From Octopus sinensis (lineage: Eukaryota), in contig NC_043014.1 in NCBI RefSeq assembly GCF_006345805.1, forward strand, positions 50,158,001 through 50,222,000: a stretch of 64,000 nucleotides of DNA. Reading direction: 5' to 3'. Below, in pieces: positions 1 to 11,000 of the stretch. The notes below the pieces were generated by a model that made no database searches, was not told the DNA's origin, and saw only the letters and a program-made list of their open reading frames with translations. Within the stretch, counting starts at the first letter, position 1; every line of letters begins with the position of its first letter. The translations under genes and the position numbers were made by a program.

Positions 1-916
1 ATTTGAACTCAGAATGTTAAACAATAACCCTAATAACATTATTACTGTAACTACTTAAAAAATATATTGATAAACAGAAATGTTTTTTTTTTTAATTCTT
101 TTTCTATTTTAGTTAAGGGAGAAAAACATTTAACAACACTAAACATTGATAAAATTTGAAGGGCTTTCCAGTAGAAACACTAATATCTAATAATGATGGG
201 GTGAACTGAACTTCCGACTCTGAAAATTAAATCTTTATCTCTCTCTATATACATACATCCTATTAAACATATTAAATCTGCATTTCATAATAATACACAA
301 TTAATTAATTCTAAATCTAAAACGAGACCCTGTGGGAAAACAAAAGACAAAACACACACACACACACACTGAAGGGAAAAGCAAATAAACCATGTGAAAA
401 AGCTTCTCAATGACATTTATCCTTACTCTTATTAGAAATCATTTTGAAAATTAAATACCAAATTGCCAGAGGTAAAATTACAATTTTCTTAATTATTAAA
501 CCAATGTCATGGATACTTCCAAATCTAATAGCTTGTGCCTCAATTCTGATCATTGTTATCAAGGCTCTTATTCCTCCTGAATGTGGACTTACATCTGATG
601 TAACGTAATGGTTTCACTCATTAACAGTTAATAACTAAATTATCTCAGGTAGACCATCACACAGGTGTACACAAATTCCTCCAAATTAACATTAAATAAA
701 TGAAAAAAAAGAGCTTATAAATTTTTAAACATAAATTACACAGAGACAATCTAAATGAGCGTGTGTGTTTATATATCTGCACAAGTCAAATAGTACAGCC
801 GAGATAGTCATTGAAATAGATAAAAACTCATGAAATGATAACAATTATAATAAATAGTACATACATAGGTCATTAATGAACATCACAGCAACAGTTATTT
901 GATTTTGAAAGTGGTA

Positions 917-1138
917 CTAAGAATAAAGGAAAACCTGGTCTAGAATGCTCAGGTGCAACAAGTACTTGCTAACAAGGATAGAAAGTGGTGCATGACTGCT
1001 ACTACTACTACTACTACTGCTGCTGCTGCAACTACTAATGGCTATGTGTATGGGGGAAACTATACTAGTAGATAAAGGAAAATATAGTTGGGATTCAAGT
1101 GTTGGTCTAATACTACTAGGGTCTAAAGGGACTTGAAG
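917..1138 (-). CDS. Candidate alternative terminal exon: phase 0 LQVPLDPSSIRP...ISSC(S)11HAPLSILVSKYLLHLSILDQVFLYS*; phase 1 xSSPFRP*; inner acceptor at 1041 reaches the same tail in phase 1
   Basis: ttttaacttttttag acceptor at 1139-1141 and ccccatacacatag at 1042-1044; 73 open codons. Confidence 0.35.
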   Translation of the reverse strand, partial: LQVPLDPSSIRPTLESQLYFPLSTSIVSPIHIAISSCSSSSSSSSSSSHAPLSILVSKYLLHLSILDQVFLYS

Positions 1139-2260
1139 CTAAAAAAGTTAAAAACCAAAACAAAAAAAAATGTGTGTTGGCATGTGTGCATGTCTGAAAG
1201 CAAAAATAAAACCAAGAAATAAAATAAAATATGCAAGTGAATACACACACGCATTTTATTTATATATATATATGCACCTACACACACAACATTTAAAATA
1301 AAATGGAATAACTTTTGTAAACTTTGTTTTTTAGCAACATAACAGCTATAATTAATGATTTCAAATTTTGGCACAAGGCCAGCAATTTCAGGGTAGGGGG
1401 GGAAAAGTTGATTACATCAACCCCCAGTGCTCAACTGGTACTTGTTTTATCAACCCCAAAAGAATGAAAGGTAAAGTCAACCTGGGTGGAACTTCGAATG
1501 TAAAAACGGACAAAATGCCGCTAACATTTTGTCCGGCATGCTAACGATTCTGCCAGCTATAATCAATAAAAATTAACTTGTCTTAAATATAGTGGTTACT
1601 TTAAATGTGTAACACTGTGACAACAAAACAAAAGCTAGTTAGCTAATTATAGATTGTGATTGTACACTGGTTGGATTGATTTAATTAGCTACATTAACAT
1701 AAGCCAATGAAAACCCCACTCTAACACAGGTGACTGATTCGACAGAGGCAAGATTTGACCTCTTTAACTGATAAACCTCACTGTGCCATCTCAACCATTT
1801 CCAACATTGGCACTGTATTACTGTAGGTAATACCTCTACATGGTCACTAGAAATAACAGCTAAAGTCTCTCAAATTATGCCCTATTGTCTTAATGGGAAG
1901 ATATAACCATAACATTCACATAATTAAGAGCAAAATGGTCACAGCTGGCTGGATCAAGATTAACCTGGGACTAGATTAACAAAAGGCTTCAACGTTAACC
2001 CTTTTGACACCAACCATCTTGAGACTGCTTATTTTAAAATGATACTTCCATAGAAATTACATGCTAATTTATACTCAAAAAACCATCCTAACAACAACCA
2101 AATTATTCGACTAATTTCATCAAAATCAATGTATTTCAAATGAAACAAATGGGTTGAAGTCTAGAGGAAGGACGTTAAACACTGAATGACATTTTAGCTC
2201 AGTACCTCCAGTCGACTATAAACAGTGCTACATGTTTCAAATTACAGTTTAGAGGATTAA

Positions 2261-2481
2261 CCCTTTAGTGTTCACATTATTCTGCCAAAATTAATCCTTT
2301 TTTATCTACATTGTTTTAAACTAATCAGGCATTATCTTGTAGCTATGAGATTTTGATGAGGTAGCTGTTAATTTTTAAAACGATATTGTAGGGCTGGTGT
2401 GAGAGACAAGATCTGGCCAGTTTGAACATAAAACAGGCAGAATACTTTTGGCCGGATATGGCCGGTTTAAATGCTAAAGGG
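2261..2481. mobile_element. TTAA MITE family 2; inverted copy 38299-38518, partial near 24000-24200
   Basis: TTAA|CCCTTTAG...CTAAAGGG|TTAA. Confidence 0.82.
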
Positions 2482-3236
2482 TTAAATCAACACCTGTGCT
2501 GGTGATTATTTTATCAAACATGCTAGAAGGATCTCGGCAGGGTTTCAAATGACAACGGTGCAGTCACTAAGTTCCACAAGGGATGCTCTACTACTAAATC
2601 CTTTCTAACCTGAAGCATTTCCAAGGTTGCCGTCATTGGAACTGCACCTTCAGAGTGCTACACTAAAATTTAACTAGTTGATTTTTTTTTTTCTTTTTTC
2701 TTTTTTGTACTTGTTCATTTTTAATTTACTTTTACTAATTATGGTTACAGAAAACACCAGAATAACAAATTACAAAGTGGTATTTTCACAGCAAAAGAAT
2801 ATATTTCTTTCTCGTGAATTAATGAATAAATAAATTTTAAAAATCCAGAAGACACTGCTAAAATTGAACCATGGTAGATGTGTAACAATATAATTATATT
2901 ACTGAAACCACAACCCCTAAAATAGTATGTGGGTGTAAAAATCTTGACAGTGAATAGAAAACAAAATGAAATCATGTAGAGAATATAGCATAAATGTATA
3001 ATTAAATCCTTTAGGTGTATAAAAAAATACATAAGTATATAGAGTCTGTATAAACAAGAAATGAGAAAGAAATACATTGAACTAGTTCATAAAAATACAC
3101 CTACCACGACATTAGTAAAATAAACTGATCAAAAACAAACAAAAAAAAGACAGAGTTAGCGTGAGATTAATGTTGAAGTTTTGAGAGAGAAAAGAGAGAG
3201 AGATGAAGGAAAAGCAAGAGACAAGCAAATGGCAAA

Positions 3237-3278
3237 CTAAGTGTAGAATCGAAGAGGAAAATAATAATGATATGCTAG

Positions 3279-3309
<31 letters not shown>

Positions 3310-3373
3310 TGCACTGGATGAAGACCCATTAGATGAAGCTTTACGTAACTCATGCTGCTTCTTAATGTTTGGA
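3237..3373 (-). CDS. Candidate terminal exon, GPI-signal-like in phase 1: (I)[44 protein letters not shown]
   Basis: (t)n-catttag strong acceptor; phase matches upstream cassettes; small residues, spacer, then hydrophobic stretch and stop. Confidence 0.55.
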
Positions 3374-6300
3374 CTAAATGAAAAAAAAAAATTCTTGATA
3401 CTAAGTAAAATATAAACTATTGTATATGTGTATGTATGTATACATACATATACGCATACACACACATTTGTGTATACACTCTCATACACATTTGTGTATA
3501 CACTCAGACATATGAATCCAAAGCAAAAATGGAAACAAACCTAATAAAACATCCAATTTTACTAACTTTGAAAGACTTGCAAAATGTCAAAAAAAAAATT
3601 TAATAATGAGCAGTAATTAATTACTATATCATTTAGAGTTACACGGCAAAACTGAACTCAACGTGTTATGTATGATAGAAATTATATTAATAATCTCAAC
3701 CGAAAACAATGTTAGAAATTGGTTAATTCACTCTTTGTATAATAGCACCACTTTCAAGTGTTAGTACTTCTCTGGGAAGTATTCTATGAACACCAAAGTC
3801 CACCTGGGTATAATTGAATGTAATAAGGTATTTGTACTCAGTTTCCACAAGTAGTTTCTCCCAGACACAGACACCAAGTTTGCATGGGTCTTGTCAAGCA
3901 AATTTCACCTACAAGGCTATAGTCATGCCAAGGCTATGTGCTGTACAAACAAAGTCACACAACTAAAACTTTACGGCTGACACAGGGGGGGGGGGGAATT
4001 TCTAAGGTTTGTTTCACCTCTAAAATCTTGACATTTCAATATGTTGTTCCGTATTTACAGAATGAAATGTGCTTATTCAGAGTAGAGTTTTCCCACAAAG
4101 CCCAACGATATTAAATCTATTTTAAATACTTACTTTCTTGAGCTTTTGGGGGTTTGATTCTGTCTAACAGGGCAAGCAGACATTATCAATAGAAACAGTT
4201 ACGCCTATATTCTCAAAGAACAAATGCATTTAGCTTATATTCTAACTACCTTCACCTCTACTAGGTACTGATTCAAATATCTGAAGTTACAACAGTGTTT
4301 TGATTTGTTATCAAAATCGAAATCGATCCACATCAATGGAATTTGTAGTTTGTGGTACCAGTGCCGGTGGCACATAAGAGAACCATCCGAACGTGGCCGT
4401 AGCCAGCACCGCATCGACTGGCCTCCGTGCTGGTGGCACGTAACAAACACCATCCGATCGTGGCCGTGCCAGCCCTGCATGGCCCCCGTGCCGGTGGCAC
4501 TTAAAAAACACCATCTGAGCGTGGCCGTTCGCCAGCTTCGTCTGGCACCTGTGTCGGTGGCACATAAGCACCCACTACACTCACGGAGTGGTTGGCGTTA
4601 AGAAGGGCATCCAGCTGTAGAAACACCGCCAGATCTGACTGGCCTGGTACAGCCTTCGGGCTTCCCAGACCCCAGTTAAACCGTCCAACCCATGCTAGCA
4701 TGGAAAGCGGACGTTAAACGATGATGATGATGATGACTCCAGTGCTTTTTAAACAGGTTACAAGTCAACTGTTTTATAATTAAAGCTTTCTTCACTGCAG
4801 CTTAGTAATTATGTTGTTGTAGGTTCCATTAGAAGAAAGGAGAAATATATTTTATCAAATCAAATACCTAACAGTAGAAAATAACAGGAAGGCAACACAT
4901 CAGTGTCATGTACCCCAGTATAACAAAACAAGGAGCTACTATTAAATATTGCTACATCTCTCAGTCCATCAGCCCCTGAGTGCAAGGAAATGACTAGTGC
5001 CTGTACTTAAAAATTAAGGGAATTATCTGAAATTATCTGTGAATCTAATCCCATCAGTATTACTGTCAGCTGATCGAGGACCAAGGCCCTTCTTCATTTG
5101 ACACTTTTCACTTGAAACTTCATCTTTGCCCCCAAGCCATCCATCATAATTAAAATCTAAAATTTGAAAGCAATTTACATTTTTCTCATATCCCTTTAAA
5201 TGTGTCGAGTCGCGTTAAGTTCATGGTTGAAACATTCAGGGGAGGGAGGGTGTGGGTGAACACAGAACAACACCTAAAAAATACACTATCTGCAAGTAGA
5301 CATTAGTAAACAGCCAAGTTCTATCTTTATTCTGTCTGACCAATGTTTAGTTGGACTGGATTTTCACATGGAATTTACCAATTCCCACTACATGAGATAT
5401 TCAGATAGTCAAAAGTGAAGCTTCAAAATTCCCAGAGGGGGGAAGAAAAAAAAACAGGAATATGGCCTGAATAGGTTAAAGAATTGAAGAGGAAGTCTCT
5501 CTGAGGGGAGAAGAGTATATTCACAAGGGGCTAATGCTGAAAGCATTTCAATTAAAATTTATAAAAAATGAACTCAAAGACTTCTCAAACCTGAAAATGT
5601 TGAAGACTAACTCTGAGAGTGTTATTTGTATTACTTTGAGAGGTGGTGGGAAACCTTAAATAACAATTTACCAGTGTTTGATAACCAGTTTTCAGTCATG
5701 TTATTGATTTTGGGTTTTCACTGCATTCAAAACAGTTTTCTCTCTCTCACACACACACAAATTGGTTCTCTATCATCAACTGGGCCCAACATTCCCAAAT
5801 AAATTCTCTCCACTTCGAGCACAACTTCAACATCATTAGAAATCAATCAAGATCAATAACCCTAATAAGTCCCCAACAAAGACAACTGCCTCTTCTTCCT
5901 CCTGTCTTTCACTGTCAACCTATCAACCTCACCTTTCCCCACCATCTTCCAACCTCTTTCTTCATGGTCATCCTGTACCTCTTTTACAGGACCCATATTC
6001 TCTACAGCAAGCGGTGTATATGGTGCTGTTGTTAGTTGACCAACAACACTTACATGGTCCAAACTTCCCAAAATTATTTCTTTCTAAACATATTTTTTAG
6101 TCCAATGTTCTGCCGGATGGAATGTAAAGTAATTTTCTATATTCCTTAATAATAATAATGTTTCAAATTTTGGCACAAGGCCAGCAACTCTGAGGGAATG
6201 GGGTAAGTTGTTTACACCAGCCCCAGAGCTTCCCGGGAACTTATTTTATCATCTCTGAAAGGATGAAAGGCAAAGTTGACCATACCAGAATTTGAACACA

Positions 6301-7278
6301 AAATGTAAGAACAGATGGAATACCACTAGGCATTTTACCTGGCGTGCCAACAATTCTACCACCTCACTGCCTTAATAATAACAAAACTATGTTCTTTGGA
6401 GTACGGGATTCAAGCCGCTTCTCCTTATCTCCTCAAAGACATACATCATCTCGAAATAGTCCAGAAGCTGGCTACCCGCATGGTTCTTGGTCTCAAGCAT
6501 TTGTCTTATGAAGAAAAGCTGAAGACGCTCGACCTTTATTCTCCAGAAAAATGCAGACGCCGTGGTGATCTCATTCTTGCTCACAACATCATAAGCGGAA
6601 AGTGTAACCTCTCGAAAGAGCTGTTCTTCACTCCTGCTCCAGAGCGTCGGCTGCGGGGTCACTCCGAAAAGCTCTATCTGCGACGATTTTATCTCAATCG
6701 AAGGAGAGGGGCTTTCTCCATCCGGGTTGCGGATCTGTGGAATAAGCTGCCGGACGAGATGGTGAAGATGCCGACGACCGCTCGGTTCAAAGTCTCCCTT
6801 GACCACAAATGGCCTGAACTCTTTGCATGAACACCACCCCGTACATAACTCCATGTCCCCCTACATGGTCTTGCGTTTTGCTTTTTGAGCCAAAAAATTA
6901 ACCTAACCTAACCTAACATAAAGCAAAACAGTTTTGTACATTCTTCAGTTAATGTTCTGCAACATGGAATATAAAGTACTTTCTGGTATTCCTCAGTTCA
7001 ATGTTCTGCTACATGCCACCCCATCACCAGCACAATGTAGTACGCCTAATATCAATATGCCAATATGCATCAGACAGGGTTCATGTTTTGGTCATAGCTC
7101 TGTTTAGCCACAACTGACTGGCAGGACTCGAAAGTATCAAAAACTTAAAAGAAGATATCAATTCAATTTTTACACAAGCTGATGTCTCCTCAGCGAAACG
7201 AAAAGATCCTCAAATTTGCCTTCAATAATACATGCCCAAGCCAATTATACTTGCACAAACAAATTTGACCGAGCATCA

Positions 7279-7336
<58 letters not shown>

Positions 7337-7499
7337 CGCAGGAGTGGCTGTGTGGTATGTAGCTTGTCTACCAACCACATGGTTCCGGGTTCAGTCCCAC
7401 TGCGTGGCAACTTCGGCAAGTGTCTTCTGCTATAGCCCCGGGCCGGCCAAAGCCTTGTGAGTGGATTTGGTAGACGGAAACTGAAAGAAGCCCGTCGTA

Positions 7500-7540
<41 letters not shown>

Positions 7541-7917
7541 GGTTGGCGTTAGGAAGGGCATCCAGCTGTAGAAACATTGCCAAATTAGACTGGAGCCTGG
7601 TGCAGCCTTCTGGCTTCCCAGAACCCCGGTTGAACCATCCAACCCATGCTAGCATGGAGAACGGACGTTAAACGACGATGATGATGATGACGATATATGT
7701 ATGTGTATGTATATGTTTGTGTGTCTGTGTTTGTTCCTCTAGCATTGCTTGACAACCGATGCTGGTGTGTTTATGTCCCCGTCACTTAGCGGTTTGGCAC
7801 AAGAGACCGATAGAATAAGTACTGGGCTTACAAAAGAATAAGTCCCGAGGTCGATTTGCTCGACTAAAGGCGGTGCTCCAGCACGGCCGCAGTCAAATGA
7901 CTGAAACAAGTAAAAGA

Positions 7918-7953
<36 letters not shown>

Positions 7954-8062
7954 CAACCGACCAGACCATCAGATGTTGCTACACATCGCTGGTCACAATG
8001 CGTTCGCATTGTTTTTTTTAGCCTTCGAATGACGCCACCCCACTGGGTAAGCGAGCAGGCCA

Positions 8063-8098
<36 letters not shown>

Positions 8099-11000
8099 CA
8101 ATGACAGTCACTTAAGCAATGTGAAAACTGTTTATAAATTTTTAGTTTAAATCTTTCAAAAAGGTCATCGTTTTCACAATTTCCCAAAAGACGGAAGATA
8201 TAAAACCATTATCAGCATACTGCTGCCATGATGTATGATTCCAAAAAACACAGAAGGGAGGAAGGTGGGCGGGACAATTGTTTGATTATCAGATTGTAGA
8301 CTGATACTGTGTCTAGTTTCTGGGTCAGAGTAGACTGTCTTTTTCAACATAATGATGAAATATATCTAAACTATCAAACACACAATCTAAATCACATTTC
8401 TCTCTCTCTCTCTCTCTCATCAAACCCAAATGATTCCTAGATTCGAGAGAGAGAGAGGGGGGTGCAAGAGAATAAGAGGGCAAGTGAGAGAGATTGCTAT
8501 TGGCTGCACCATCGTTAACATTATGTCCTTAAAATACAGAAAAGTTACTGCTCATGATGATTATGATGATGATGAGTGACTGACTTAACCAGATGTCATT
8601 TACAATAAATGCTTGTGTCAAATGTAAATTGCTCCATTTTCTCAGAAATAATAGCTCTTTGACCTTACAGATACCTAAAATTCCCACCAGGAGGTGAGTA
8701 GCAGAAAGAGGAAACAGAGAAAGGAAGGAGTAAGAGAAGAGAAATAAACACCATCACCACCACCACCACACCACCACCACCACTGCCTGCCTGCCCACAC
8801 AATGTAAGATTTAAGTGAAAATTAAATCATCCCCAGCCCATCGTTGATTGCAAGTTAGAAATGGTTGTATTGTTGGAAGTTAGAAGTGTTAGAAGACAGA
8901 GGAAGAGAAGTGGTAAAATAATAGAAAGTTTGGTTCATAACAACTTTGTTAGAGGACAAGGAGGAGACCGTGTGCCAAGTTAGCGGGGAAGGTGGGAAGG
9001 GATATACTTCGGAAACTAGATTCAGACAAGGCCACTACCAAAGATTCTAGCAAGTCAGTGTTACAACAGAAAATGGCATCATTATTTCTAATAAGGCTAG
9101 AAACAGTAGTGGGAGGAGAGTGGAGGTCGGTCAATACAAATGACCATCCTCCAACCCCCCAACCCCCACTGCCCTAAACCAATACTTGACTGGCAGTTTA
9201 TTTTAGTGAACCTCGAAAGGATGAAAGGCAAAGCTGATTTCCACAGGATTTGAACACACAGAAAAAAAAAAAAATTTTTTTAATTAAGAAAAATGTAGAG
9301 AGCAGAAAGAGATACTGCAATGCTCTAATGATTCTTCCAATCCATTGTTGGAAAAACAACAGGAGTTTTAGTAGAAGAGGATTTGAAACATTTGCAAGAA
9401 AGAGAAAAGTTTTGACACACATTACACATATATGTTACACATATGCAGCTTTCAGAAAAGAAAATGTTAAATATTCAATAAATGGTCAAGGCATTGCCCA
9501 TGAAATGTAATTTGTGACAAGAGCAACCGTTTGATTTCATACATAAGATATACCATATTTGCCTGCATATAAAACACACTTCTATTTCAAAAAAAGGTAA
9601 TTTGTGTGTGTGTGTGTATGGGGGATTTAGTATGTTTCATCATACATTACTGAAAGATATCTTAACCCTTTCAATACCAACCCGGCTGAAACCGCCTCTG
9701 GATCTCTAGTACAAATGTCTTGTTTTCATAAATTTTGAATTAAAACCTTCCACCAGACCTTAGTCACGATTAATGTTCCTAACACCAACTTAATGATAAC
9801 GAAGTTATTTTACTAAATTCTTTGTTATATTTAAAGTAACTGAAGGAAACACAGAGCATCTCAAAATAGATACGGTAATGAAGGGGTTAAAGTGGTTTTG
9901 TAGGGGAAAAGGTATGATTGTGTGTGCACGTAAATATGATGCTGTGACAGTAGAATGGAATAAAATATGAGCTTCAGTGGTCTGGAGTGCAGGCTTCAAA
10001 CCTGTAGCTGACTGACGTCAGAGTGGTTCAATTCCACCTTTCGGGCGAAGGACCGCCCCTGGGTCCTATTTTGTTTATCACACAAGAAAACCATCCGAAC
10101 GTGGCCACACACAAGAAAACCATCCGAACGTGGCCATAGCCAGTACCGCATCGACTGGCCTCCGTGCTGCGGGCACGTAACAAACACCATCCGATCGTGG
10201 ACATTCGCCAGCCTCATCTGGCACCTGTGTCGGTGGCACATAAAAACACCATCCGAGCGTGGCCGTTCGCCAGCCTCGTCTGGCACCTGTGTCAGTGGCA
10301 CATAAAAAACACCATCCGAGCGTGGCCGTTCGCCAGCCTCGTCTGGCACCTGTGTCAGTGGCACATAAAATCACCCACTACACTCTCGGAGTGGTTGGCG
10401 TTAGGAAGGGCATCCAGCTGTAGAAACACTGCCAGATCTGACTGGCCTGGTGCAGCCTTCGGGCTCCCCAGATCCCCAGTTGAACCGTCCAACCCATGCT
10501 CGCATGGAGAACGGATGCTAAATGATGATGATGATGATATATGTAACATGAATAAACCATGTTCTGTAAGTATTTCAATTTTTTTATATTGTCATCAACA
10601 CACTACACACAGCTGACAGACAGGCAGATGGAAGTTCAACATTCCTTTCACCTTACATTCAGACCAATTTAAAAGAAAGTTTCTTAACCCTTTCATTACT
10701 AACCCGGGCCGTACCCAGCCGAAAAAATTTTTTGTTCATAATACCAACCCGGTTGAGAGAACCTATTGTTATTTAAATGTAAATTTGAACCCAAATCTCG
10801 TTGGTACATTCGTTAAAACATGTGATTTCACTTTGTAAATAGTTGGCTTATAGTATCCGACATTGCTTGAAGTGATATCTCAACTCAGTGAATTTTGGGA
10901 GATTTTTTTCCACATTTTTTTCAGCATCGATTTTTCTTCAACTTTGAAAATGAATAGAAGTTTCATGTTATCAAGCATTGATTCCGAATTTAAAGCTTTT

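Noticed and set aside
4250-4280. 31-nt AG/GT-bounded segment
   Set aside because: Immediate stop in phase 1, asymmetric, weak GTAGTT donor
10075-10370. Repeat array resembling CRISPR
   Set aside because: Contiguous about 62-63 bp tandem units without unique spacers, part of a eukaryotic retroelement 3' end
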